This document shows, one piece after another, positions 22,683-34,645 of a stretch of 64,000 bases of DNA (positions within the stretch are counted from its first letter, which is position 1; each line of letters opens with the position of its first letter). Position numbers and translations under genes: made by a program. The stretch is from assembly GCA_029717555.1 (NCBI GenBank), contig JAMDHS010000009.1, forward strand, positions 186,001-250,000. Reading direction: 5' to 3'. The notes beneath the pieces were generated by a model. The model was given only the letters and a program-made list of their open reading frames with translations. It ran no database searches and had not been told where the DNA came from. The DNA comes from Peribolospora baueri (lineage: Eukaryota).

Positions 22683-22767
22683 AGCCACGTGGCTGCGGAC
22701 GGTCTGCCACGTGCGTTCCACGTGGCTCTAACCTGGCCCGCCGCCTTATCTCGACGTGCCGATAACC
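22683..22767. promoter_or_regulatory. Triple CACGTG E-box cluster plus GATAA pair in the DHHC/Urg1 divergent promoter
   Basis: AGCCACGTGGCT (22683-22694), CCACGTG (22707-22713), CCACGTGG (22718-22725); CTTATC ~22745 and GATAAC ~22761. Confidence 0.5.
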
Positions 22768-22932
22768 GCTGCGAGCTGGAAGGCGGCGGCGGGCGAGATA
22801 GATGGCTGGCTCAGGCTCAACATAACACCACCTCCGACGCTTTTCTTATCGCCTCTCCTTCTCTCACACCTTTCTTCCTTCCACACCTCTACCCCTTTCA
22901 TACCCGTCCTCGTCCTACGTAGCCCGCACACG

Positions 22933-25900
22933 ATGTCCGAAGACACCAACGCCCTTCTCCACAGAATCCTCGCCGAGCTAGCCGACCTCAAGGTCAAAAA
23001 CGACCAGCTCGAGCAGAAGGTAGAACACCTCTCCGGCTCTGCAGGAGCCAGCTTGCCCAACTCGCCTCACCACAATGCTTCCTATGGTGGTGGTGAGTTT
23101 CTGCATGATCTGCCCCTGCCAAATCCCCCGACCCAGCTCGCCTTCGTCGGGAATTGTGGGATGCGGGGCTACGGCCTTCGCAACGCACCTTGATCAATTG
23201 CGACCAACTCTCTATGTGCCTTCCGCGCTTTTTCCAGTCATGGCCTCCCCCTCTCTCTCAGCCCAGCTCCCCGCATCACTTGCTTCTTACGTTCCACCCA
23301 CAGTCGCCTCGGCGAGCCCCACCCCAGTACCGCCTTCCGGTGTACCCCAGACAGGTACTTCTTCGCCCGCTCCGAAGTCTGCGGGCAAGAGCTCCGCAAC
23401 TACCGGCTTGAACGCCAAGAAGGAGGAGGCAAGTAGGACCGGAATGTACTCGCAGGTGAGTGCATGAGCGGTGGGCGCATACATGCGTGCGCACAGACCG
23501 CTCACTCCGTATCGGCTCTTTTCCTTCCTTCCCCTGCTCCCTTATAGCGCGTAATCTTGACGAGTGAGTTTTGATTTGTTTCTGACCCGCCGCTTCTGGT
23601 TCACTCATGAACTTTGTATCTGCTAATCGACGCATTAGCGTATCCTGGCCAGGTCGGCATCCACCCTGTCCCTCTCATTTGGGGAGAGGCCGATCCGGCC
23701 AAGCGAGGACCCGTGATTGCCAGTCGTCACCCGAACAGGCGAGCAGCTAGCCATCTTTTTTGTTCTACTCACATTGTCTGACGAGTGCTGTGGTGTTGCT
23801 GACGCTCTGTCCTTCATTCCCTGCCCATCTGCAGCATCAAGCTCCGCAATGCCATCGGCGCCTACTCGGGCTCCTACTCCATTTACCGAGCCCTGGCGGT
23901 AGCGATGGGGGCCTTGGACCCGAATCATCGTCCAGACTTTACTAATACCGAGCCGGCCGTTGACGTCCTCTTCAACCCCTCCTGGGCGGATCCTTTCAAG
24001 ATTGTCAGTATGGATCCCTGGGGCCACCTCGCTCCAACACAGTTCAGGGAGCACTTTGAACAGGGCTTGGATGTCCGTCCTACCATCGCTATTACTAAGG
24101 CTCATTTGAAGATGGTAAGCGCGTCCGGCTTTCCTTGTCGTACATACTCTTTCGTCTCGTCGGCGCTCTGGCTTACATTATTTTCCCTCCCCTTGCCCCG
24201 ACCACCAAAAGGCCGAGCTAGACGAATCAGTCAAACGCGGCGATCTGGTCATGGACGGAAAGATCGTCGTCCCTTCACTTGCACTTCCGGGAACGACCGG
24301 AAACGCGCCCGCCAACGCCGCCTCGGTAGACCCGGGTGTGGAGGTTAACGTGAGCAAGGCTGCCGTCGAGCCCGTTTGGTACCTGCCCGGCGTAGCGGAA
24401 AGATTCGGCATCACTGAGGGCACGTTGCGGAGGGCGTTGTTCGAGGACACTGGCGGGATGTAGTGAGTGTCTCGACGAGGCTCGATCCGTCGTCACCATT
24501 CCAGACACGGATCGATACTCGGCCAAGTCATCCCTCATCGTCCAAGCTTGTCCCTCCTTTCTCTCAAGCCCCGAACTCCTCACGCGCCATGATCTCAAGG
24601 TGTTCCTTCCTCCGATTGGTGGTTTGACAGTCTAGTGAGCATGGACACGGCATTTTGGCATCTGGGATTGGGTGACCTCATGACGCCGGACCCTGTCAGT
24701 GCCCAAGGACAGGCGATTTATTCACATTGGCTTTATCGGCCACCACTCTCTCTCCCGCACCCAGCATCTTTGGAAACCCGGCCTTCGTCTCTGACCCAAG
24801 CAAGGAGCTCACCCTTCGCGTGCACGACGAATGTCAGTCCTTAGCCGTAGCTCGACAATCGCCGGTCACCAGCCGCTTTGTGGAATTGCTTCCCTTTCGC
24901 TCACTCCCAAGCATCTCTCATCCTTTTCTTGTGCTCTCCATACCCCGTCACTTGTGCGCTCGCTCCATCGTCAGGTAACGGATCCGACGTGTTCGGCTCG
25001 GATATCTGCACATGCAGACCGTACCTTCTCTACGGCATCTCCGAAGGCATCAAGTGCGCTCAGAGAGGTGGCGTCAGCATCGTCGTCTACTGTAAGCTAT
25101 TCCGTTTCCTCCCATGTCTTGCCTTGTTTCTGCATCGAGGTATGCTGCTCTCCTCGCAGACGTCCTGCTCGATGGACTCACGAATCCTTTTGATCTTTGT
25201 AGTCCGCAAAGAGGGTCGTGCCTTGGGCGAAGTCACGAAGTAAATGGGTCGCTTATCAGGCCCCGGTTTTGCTTCCGCCCTGGGCTTCGCATCGCTGATA
25301 ACGCTCATACGGGCTTGTCTTCTTAGGTATCTCGTTTACAACGTTCGCAAGCGTGGAGGCGACTCGGCGTCAATGTATTTCCGCCGTACGGAGGCTATCG
25401 CTGGAGGTTAGTCGTTGGCTTTGGGTCGAGCCTCAGAACCGACCTTGCCTGAAGGTGCGAAGGGAGCTTAATCCGTCGTCTACGTGCGAATTTCCCGAAT
25501 CGGCAGTCAAGGACATGCGTTTCCAGGCCTTGATGCCAGACGTTCTCCACTGGCTCGGCGTGAAGAAGGTGAGCGTCAGATGGGGCCGTCCAGTTGGGTT
25601 TACAAGTTCACGAGCGCCCGTGCGCGATGACCGACACCGCCGCGTTTGTCCATTACGCACATACGTGTCTGGGCCGTCTAGATCGACAACATGATCAGCA
25701 TGTCCGACATGAAGCACGACGCCATCGTCAATTCCGGCATCCCCATCCTCAAGCGCTACGACCTTCCCGACTCGATGATCCCCGAGGACTCAAGGGTCGA
25801 GATCGACGCAAAAATTGCCGCCGGCTACTTCTCCGCCAGCAAGAAGCTCACCGAGGCCGATTTGGTCCGTGAGTGTCCGAGCGCATGTGCCCGGCACTGC

Positions 25901-26135
25901 TTCAGCCTCGGTCGCTTCCTCGTTCGGCGGAGGGAAGGCGAACCAGGACTGATCTCTTCTTGCGCATCGGTTTGCCCTGCTTCAGACACCGTTGGGAGGG
26001 GCTGGGAAGATCTGGAGCACGTGAGCCTCATTGTTCTTGCGTCCTCGGACGAGCAGCGTATCGAGGGCGGCCGAGCTGAGTTGCGTTACATATCGTTCCG
26101 TCCGTGCGTCTTCGATGGTTTCTCGCTCACAGTGA
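22933..26135 (+). CDS. URG1: Uracil-regulated protein 1 / Urc1 (GTP cyclohydrolase II-like, uracil catabolism)
   Basis: Many-exon gene: 'RVILT|TYPGQVGIHP', 'RNAIGAYSGSYSIYRALAVA', 'KIVSMDPWGH', 'LRRALFEDTGGMY', 'LRVHDEC|NGSDVFGSDICTCRPYL', 'RKEGRALGEVTKYLVYN', 'DMRFQALMPDVLHWLG', 'RVEIDAKIAAGYF', 'VGRGWEDLEH'. Confidence 0.92.
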
Positions 26136-26866
26136 ACTAGGCTTGCTCAGAAGAAGCCCTTCGGGATTATGGTACGGGTTAGTAGATACACGGCCGGATC
26201 GTGTACCGTCTGGGACTTCGAACAGCCATGTCGCTTTGGAAGCTCTCCTGTGTTTTACATTTACCGAACGAGGAGATGGATCCGCCTTTCTCGCCACCAA
26301 TCAACTGAGTATATGACCATGCACAAGCGCACCCTGTAAACGCGCGATCATACCTTGAGTCAGTGACCCAGGTCGCCGTCTTTCCCTCTCCTGCTCTCCG
26401 TCTCTGCCGGAACAAGACGTCAGGACAGTTTGGCGTCGAACAGACACCACAGACGCGATCGGTTCCTGACGACTGGCGAGCCCTGGGCTTCTCGACGGTC
26501 GCTCGCTCGGCGGTGGTCATGTCAGGATAGCGTTCTTGAAATTACTCAGCACGCCTGCGAGCCTCTTTCTTGGCGGCCGTCACATCGCCCAAGTTTTTCT
26601 TTCTGCTGCTCGACGCCCGGATCGCGTCGGCTGCTTCCATTATTAGCTATCGCGGACGGCACGTGATTGTTTGACCCCGCATCGACATGACATGCGATAT
26701 TAAGCTTCCCCGGATTTTGGTCGCTCCGCCATCGCTCGCCCCTTCGCCGTCACCGCCATCTCCGTCCCTCCACGCACCCCTCCATCTCTCCCACTTGCTC
26801 CCAGACGCACGCCCCTTGTCCATAACGCTCCTTTCTCTCTGCCGCAGGGCAGTCGTCTGCCTAGAA

Positions 26867-28001
26867 ATGCCCTCTCTGCTCACCCCCTTCTTTGCCCTCC
26901 TTCTCACCCTCCTCGCTCTCCTCCATGTCGCGCCCGCCACTGCATCACCTAACTTTTCCGGCGTTCTTACCCTTACCCAATGCGGAATGTCAACTATAAA
27001 GTGGGCGAACGCCGAGGGCAACGTCCAGGTCGCCGTCGTCGGTGAGTCGCCTCGGCTTTTGAATCGGACGGAACGGGCGGGGCGGGACGGGACTGAGGGA
27101 ACGAGACAACAAGGAAGACGTTGCCTGTCTAAAACCGTTCCCTCTCTTTTCTCCATCTTCTGGCTCTGTTGCATCCTCATCTCTTGGATGGGCGGCTAAC
27201 GTACCCATTGACCCGGCAATAGGTAGCCATGGAGGCCCCACGCTCGCCGCTTTCCTCACCCAGCCCGCCGGGACGACGAGCCTGACCTGGGATCCTGTGG
27301 ATCTTAAGGCTGGAACGCAGGCTTATATCGAGGTGAATCACGTTCACTGGATACAACTCTTCCCATACCATATGATTGCGGGCCGATTTGCGGACGATGG
27401 GGAGCGCGGGGGACGGATCAGGCAAAGCTCACGTGTCCATATCGTTCCCCGCCATCTTCTCGTCATCCTTGCCTTACCTTCTCACTACCGTTATCCCGAC
27501 CGGCCAAACTGGCGCGCTCTTTCACCCTCCCTTGAACGAACTTGTCAACAGTTAACAGACTCGAGCGGCTCGCCCTACTACTCCCCTCAGGTAACAGTCC
27601 AGGACTCTGGTGACTCCTCGTGCTTGTCTTCTTCTCAAGGAGGAGGATACGCTCCCACTCTCGCCACGACTCCGTCCATCCCTTCTTCCACCTCATACGG
27701 CAACGGCGGTGATGGTGGCGGCGGTAGTTGGACAGAATCTGCGACGCATGGTGGCTCTCCTTCTTCCTCTTTCGCGCCCACAACAACGACGACGAGCGCT
27801 TCGAGCCCGTCAAAGACTGCCCCAACCATTATCACGGTCTCTCCAACAAGCAGCGCCACCGGCAGCAACGGAGCTTCCGGCTCGAATGCCGCTGCTGGCC
27901 CCGTTACAGTCGCTTGGCTCAAGCGGACCGGGACGACGTGGGCCTGGGCGTGGGTGGCATCATTTACAACCATCATCTGCGTGCTCGCTTCAAGGCTTTG
28001 A
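26867..28001 (+). CDS. Secreted Ser/Thr-rich, probably GPI-anchored cell-surface protein
   Basis: Signal peptide MPSLLTPFFALLLTLLALLHVAPA; basidiomycete-type domain 'LTQCGMSTIKW...TSLTWDPVDLKAGT...LTDSSG...VTVQDSGDSSCL'; S/T-rich stalk; hydrophobic C-terminal tail. Confidence 0.8.
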
Positions 28002-28708
28002 GTGAAGCACGGAGAAACGACGCCCGACCGATTTTAGTTCGACACTCGCGATCGGATTTGGCCTAAGCTTTGCTGAGCGTCGGCCCGCGTCGTCGGATGA
28101 ATCTCTCCAGTGTAAAGCGTCCCACTACCCGCGTATCGCTCGTCACTATGACTATTTGCCCTTTGTCATTTCCAACCTTTCCTTCTCCGTTTGATGGGGA
28201 TTCCGATCCCCTTTCCGGTCCCCCTTTCCGGCTTGGCATCGTCTCTGATAACCCATCTGTCGGGCTTCCTCGCTGGGGCCCGGCCTTCTTTCATATGCGA
28301 CGATCCCCTCTATCTTCGACCGTCCGGAATCGTCATCTGCGCCACTCCACCCTGTTTGCGTCCTCGCGTCCCGGTCCTTCTTTATCTTACCTCACATTCC
28401 AGGTCGTATTACGTAGTGTCACGCGAGTCGATCGCCTTTGGCGACCTCATTGTTGGCAACGTCGCGTCCGTCGCTTACACACGGTCTGGTCCGACATCAC
28501 GCCAGTGCAGCTTTCAGATTCTCAAACAGAGATACAGATAACAAAAAGACAGATAATATACATAGGGATCGACGAAAAATACAGATCGACGCGCCATTAC
28601 GATTATTGAGAGATGACACGGGAGCCGAATGGCCCTCGGACTCCCACCGACGCCCACCTTTCCTAAATTTGACCCATTCTTGAGGATCCGACCGTACGGA
28701 GGCGATAA

Positions 28709-30309
28709 TCATGGCCAGCCCTCATGCGTCCAGCCGTTCTCCTTAACCAAACAAGCCTTTTCCATGATGAATTTCCCTGGAAGCGCGGTCAACCGCCCGA
28801 TCGATTGAATCGATGAGGGGTAAGTGAGAGTCGACCGACGGGCGAAGGTAAGGTCGGACCGAGTCGGGTTGAGAGGGATGAATTTGACGAGGGTGGGTGA
28901 TACGATAGGGGAGCGACGATAACGAAAGTGACAAGGGAAAGCAAGAGAGAGCAGTGAGTTACGCACTGAAGACCTCATACCACCTCAACGACAACCACAG
29001 CGGCAGCAGCACTTGCGTGGATGGGACCCATCGCCGGCCTAACTACCTGAATGCTGTTCAAGGAGGCAAGCTCACCTTCCTTGTACTTCTGCGCGGCTTC
29101 GTGAGCTTTGATCTAAGGATACGTGCGTTCCGAGGCAGGGTCGGTATGTCGTCCGTCATTATTCAAAAAAAAAAAAAAGAGGGACAACAGGATTTACGAT
29201 TGTGCGTGAGAATGAACCGAGTCCACTCTCAGGCCGCCCACCTTAGGGTGGCGGTTAAATCCGGACTCGGAGACGATTGATGCGAGTCTTTCGCGACACA
29301 TAACACGATCCATCACTCACGTATGTCCATCCAAGGCTCCTGCAACGTGATGAAAGCAATCGAAGACGGTATCGTTCAGCTCGGACCGGATTCGCAAACG
29401 GTCAATTAGGCCCCTTCCTCTGTACTCACGCGCGGCAACTCGCGCAGTATAGGTCAGCCACCTGTCTCCGCCGGGTAGAATGCACCCAACCCGACGAAGA
29501 TGACGGCGACGCAAAAAGAACACAACAGACTTCAACTAAATAAACAAGCAAGGTTTTTCCAAGGACCAAAGAGGTTAAGCACAAGCAGACAGCAGCAAGA
29601 GGTCGCTCACCGTGTGTGCGCCCGTAAGCAACAGTCGCTCTTCTGCTGTGCCACATTTGGTGTTCACGCTGACAAACCCACACAGGGAAAAGACAGAAAA
29701 AAGAACAAACAGAGAATGAGTATAAGGGGCACGATTTCAACCCAAAGATCCGATTGAGCAAGCCGGATGGAGGGCATGAACTTCAGGATGTGCATGGGAG
29801 GAGAAAGCGGAAGCCCAGAGATCGTGAAACCCAGACTTACGTGCTGTGGAACAAATAGGCCTTTCCCTCTCTCCCTGAGAAGGATTTGCTGATCAGCTCA
29901 TCCTGAATTTGCGTTAAAAGGCGGACGATGGCAGTGGAAGTGTGTGAGAGACAGAATACGGATGGGATCAGCGATCAACTGGTGCGTCCGACCATCGCCT
30001 TCTTGCCTCGCTTGAGAACCATACCAGCCAGCCTTAACGGCCATCATTACCTCCTCAATCCAAAGGCAATGAAAGACCATCTACCAAAAAGCGCTCCTTG
30101 GCCGGGTTGACCCATTCAAGCTCACGCTCGCTCACCTGCAGGGCCAAGTGCGCCGCGCACTTGTAGCAGCTAAACACAGGCGGCCTCTTTCCCGCACCCG
30201 TGGCCGCCGCACCCATATCGCCAAGGTACATGAGCTCTTCTCTCGGAGACGTCGGGCGGGGAGCGAAAGAGGGGGGTGGAAGTCTCGTTGTCGAGGCGAC
30301 GTAGGCCAT
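28709..30309 (-). CDS. Yippee/Moh1-family zinc-binding protein
   Basis: Seven short exons join to 'VFSCYKCAAHLALQ|DELISKSFSGREGKAYLFHST|VNTKCGTAEERLLLTGAHT|VADLYCASCRA|SLGWTY|IKAHEAAQKYKE|GKFIMEKACLVKENGW...*', with two CxxC motifs. Confidence 0.9.
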
Positions 30310-30518
30310 CCTGAGCGTCGATGTTGGTGGCTTTGGAGTCTGGGGCCGGGGTGGCCGTCCACTTATCAGGGGGCGGAGGCAAAAGCAAGTGATCGGTCGG
30401 GAATAAGCGCACTTGAACGGGTTTAATATTATCTTGTGCTCGGCGCCTCGTTCCAGAGCGACGTCCTCGGTTCCACCACGTTCGTGCAACTACATCCTCA
30501 AGGAGACCAGGTGACGAC

Positions 30519-32007
30519 ATGGGAAAATCAGGTGCGCGGGGCTCTTCCAAAAGCAGAGGTAGAGGTAGAGGCGGTCGTGGGAGAACGGGAGATCGAACAA
30601 GGTTAAACAAGGGCACTTTTGTCGGCTTCGATGAGGACCCGTACGGCGGGCTGGTGAGACCCGATTCTGCGGTGGACGAGGTCGAGGAGGGCAGAGACGA
30701 GGAGCAGGAGGGTAAAGCATCGAGCTGTGAGTTGAAACAGAGAAAAGGAATGTCAAGTACTGCGGGGGTTGCCAATGCTTAAAGTCTCTAAGGAACGGCG
30801 GCTTATGCCGCTCTTTCTATCTTCTGCCGGCAATCGTCGCTGCTGGCTTAGCACGAGAAGAAGGTCTAGGAATCTCCCTGGCGATGTGGGTGCGTCTTTC
30901 CTTTTTATTTGTATTTGTCCGGTGGTTTTGTAAGAGCAGTCGCAGCTTGCTTCATTTGCTTCTCTCCTCTCGCTCACCGCCCTTCCTCCCGGCCCTCACG
31001 TTCTCACCCTGCAGGACTTCGATCATTGTGATCCGAGGAAGTGCTCCGGGAAGAAGCTCTCCAGGCTCGGCCTTATTCGCGACCTGAGAGTTGGGCAGCG
31101 GTTTAGGGGGATCGTGCTCAGGTGAGTGATTGTGCTCGCCTTGCTGCCATTACGCTCGCCCTCGTCCTTCCAGGCCACCATGACTGCCGCGCCGTCGGGT
31201 CGCGCTGTTGAACCGAGATGCGATGTGCTACCTCTTTCTACATCCGACATGCTTCAGTCCTCAAGGAACGCAAACCGTCTCTCCAGCCGACAGAGACATC
31301 ATTATGGACGCAGGTTTGGCTGTCGTGGAATGTTCTTGGGCGCGCTTGGACGACGTTCCGTTCGGCAAGATCAAGAGCCCGCACGAGAGACTGCGTGAGT
31401 GATGTCGCATCTTTTGTTTCGCAAATGGAGGTAACTAGCTTTTCAATTTGCCTGTTTCCTGTTGCCTTGCGTTTTTGTAGTGCCTTACATGGTTGCCACC
31501 AATCCGGTCAACTACGGCAAGCCGCTCAAGCTCAACTGTGTCGAAGCTGTGCGTCTCAAACTCGAAGGCGGATGTCGGATGGTGTCAGCTGACGATTGTT
31601 GTGTTTCCCGCTCTCAGTTTGCGGCTGCGCTGTACGTCGTGTCCCTTCCGGAGCTGGCGGAGAAGCTCTTGGAGAAATTCAGCTGGGGCCACAGCTTCTA
31701 TGAGGTGAACCGGGAGTTCATCGATCGATACCAACGGTGTCGGAACGGTGAGGAGGTCATTCGCGCTCAGGAGGAAGTTATGGCGGAAAGGGAGAAGGAG
31801 CGGCGGGAGCGGAGGGAGATGGGTGGTGCGAGGAGTGGACGGTCAAAAGCAAGGTCAGCAGTCGGAGATGGGGGCAGCGGGGAGGAAGATGGGGAGGAGA
31901 GCGATGGTTCTCTTCAAGCCAATTTGAATCACGCGGGTTGGGAAGATGGCGGCGAAGATAACGGTGAAGATGACGAAGAAGACGACGAAGAAGATGACGA
32001 AGCATAA
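30519..32007 (+). CDS. TSR3: 18S rRNA aminocarboxypropyltransferase Tsr3
   Basis: '[19 protein letters not shown]', 'VSPADRDI', 'VVECSWAR', '[23 protein letters not shown]', 'KFSWGHSF'; RG-rich N-terminus and acidic tail. Confidence 0.93.
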
Positions 32008-32475
32008 CGCGAGCGCGGCAGGTACAAGATAGAGCCGTTTCGCATTGGGAGTATGGACAGCCGGCGCCATCGTATATAGCGCTACTAGGTGTAGGGGTTG
32101 AAGAGGGCGACGGCGAGGAGAGCTGAATGGGTGACTCTCTATCTCGTGCCATTGCCGCAATCGTCTTACGCTGGCGTTCGCCTCAGTTAGGGCCAACTGC
32201 ACGTTACGTCTGCTTTTGGATCCAGTCCTCCATGATTCGGTGTGGCGAACACCAGGTCCCGGCGATCCAAAGGGAAGCACTACAACATCGTGATATCACC
32301 CTGTTCCAAGTTAAAGCAGACGATGTTTGTGTCGCTAAGGCCGAGTCGGGAGGACGGCAGGAAGGGTTGGCTGAACGGTACTAGTTCGCAAAAGTGTATT
32401 CCAGAGTACAAGCACTCCACAGCGCTAGGATTCGAGTAGCAGTCGTGGAACGCATGAGCCGATTTCCCGAAGTCA

Positions 32476-34383
32476 TCAGCTCAGTTGCCCAGCCCTCCTA
32501 GCCTCCTCCCTAGCCTTCAACGCCTCCTCCATGATCGCCTTGGTCTCCTCGCTCTCCTCGCTCTCCTCGCTCTCCTCGCTCTCCTCGCTTTCCTCCCGTT
32601 CATTCCGTCTCTCATCTTCCGCGATCTCTTCCCTTTCCCCGAGCCCCTCTTCTTCACTGCCTCCACCTCCCACCGCTTTCCTCCTCCCCGCCCCAAGAGA
32701 CCCAGCGCCGGCGATGCTCCCGCGAGCACGAAGCAAAGCCACCTCGGGCGTATGCTGAGACCTGAGCACGGCACGCGAAGGTCCCGCGGAAGAGAAGCCC
32801 GTTTCCTCTTCTCCCTCCTCGTCCGTCCCAACCCCGCTACGCTCGTCGTGGTCTTCATCGTCGGCACCGCTTAACATGGCTGAGATGGAAGCGGTTGCGG
32901 CTCGGCGGGAGGCTCTCGCGGAAGCTAGGACGGACTTCGTCGAGGAGGGAGAAGAAGAGGCGGAAGGGGAGGAGCGCTGCTTCGCTTTGGACGCTGGTGA
33001 TGCTGCAGAGGAAGTTGGGGAGGCAGCGGGCTGTCGCCTACCGCCGCTCTCAAGTTGGCGCTGACGAGGAAGCGAAGACGAAAACCGCTGGGATGACGCT
33101 GAAGCCTCCGAAACTGACTCGAGTCTTGGTGCTTGAGGCGTGCCCGCGGGGGTCTTCTCGTGAATGACCAGGGAAGCGAGCATAGCCGTCGTCGCGTCTT
33201 GGAGCGACTGTTTCTTTGCCAACGCAAGTTCTTCTGGGGTGCTCAGACTGGGGTCGGTGAGTGCGGGATGAGTGCGCTTGAGATGGGGAAGGGAGGAGGG
33301 CGGTGCAGTGGACGAGGAAGATGGTCGTGGAGGCAAGCGTTCCTGATGAACGTTATCTGGGAGCGCGGAGGGCATCTTTGCCGAAATACCCGTCGAGCCT
33401 GGTGCTGGCGCCACCTCTGACAGACCCGGACTTGAAATTACACCTCCATCCTCGAATTCATCCCTATGCGCCTGCGGCTGCTCCTGTTGCGGCTGCTCCT
33501 GCACGTCCTCCCAGAGCTCCACCGCTCTCCAGCTCTCCTCTCCTCCAACCCTCGCCCAAATTGGACCTTCACCCTCCATGGCCGCAAGCACCCAGCCTTC
33601 TACCCACTTGGCTTTGCACATGCATTCGTCGCTGCAGAAGCCGTCCCTGCCACCTGGATCCGAGGCCGTGTTGCGGACGACAGAGCGCGTGCGCCGAGAT
33701 ATCCGCATGGCTGGCGAGGCGGCGGAGGGGGAATCAGAGTAGGGTCTGGACGGGGGATTGGCACAGCATGGATAGGCGCATTGGGAGGAGACGTGCCGTT
33801 CTGAAAGGATCTCGGTCCATTGCGAGCGTTGGATATAGCGCGTCTGGAGAAGATGTCGTCAGTCAAAACGAGAGGCTCGCGTAAGTAAGCTAAAGCTCAA
33901 ATGTCCAGCGAATGCAGACCAGGAGGAGGAATAAAAGGTACCTTAGCTACGCACCGCTTTTTTCAAAGTATCCCTACTCACGGCACCATCCACCAGCTTC
34001 TCCTGCCACTGCAATGCCACTCTCTGTGCGTGCATCGAGCTCTTAACGCTCTCCCTCAACAACGCTTCGTCCGTCGCCCTGACGCCGGGTGGCGGCCTCC
34101 TCAATTCGCGCCGCGTCTGAGTGGTGCTAGAGCCGCCTGTCCTGTCGGTTGCGTCTCCCAGCCTTGTCCTGTCGGTGGCGTCTCCCAGCCTTTGTCCGAT
34201 GCCTCCTTCCCTCCTGGTGCCTAAAATGAGCGGACCGCCACCAGAGCGCGACGTGCCCGGCCCAGAGCGCTCGTTCGGCGGCGCAAGAAGGAACGACATT
34301 GTGGATGAGGTGAGCCGAACGTTGGAGCGTGGCGGGGGCGCCACCGGCTCTTTCGGTGCTGCATAAGACGGAGCTGGGGCCAT
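32476..34383 (-). CDS. RTR1: Rtr1/RPAP2-like RNA polymerase II-associated protein (CTD phosphatase family)
   Basis: 'ALQWQEKLVDGAVSRDTLKKA|TRYIQRSQWTEILSERHVSSQCAYPCCANP...FCSDEC' (RTR1-type Zn finger), followed by a long disordered tail with EES repeats. Confidence 0.8.
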
Positions 34384-34645
34384 GTTGCACGGCCAAATGT
34401 TGCTGCGAGTGGAGCGTCGGTTGGTGATGTGCTAGCTTGGAGTACTTGCGTGTATTCTGGAAGCGCTCGATCACTCTTGCCGCAGCCATCGTCGCCATCC
34501 CCTCTTACCCCCGTCCCAGCTATCTGTCAAAATATGTTGCCGCAGCGAATGCGTGCAATCTCTGGAGTCATCCCCGTGAACCTCTTCTCCCTTCCAGCTC
34601 ATACCGACTGGACTGACGGGCGGACGCCGGTCTTAGCTGGCGCAC

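Noticed and set aside
30170..30775. 201-aa minus-strand ORF as an N-terminal extension of Yippee
   Set aside because: Different frame from Yippee, TTG start, and it overlaps TSR3 exon 1 antisense.
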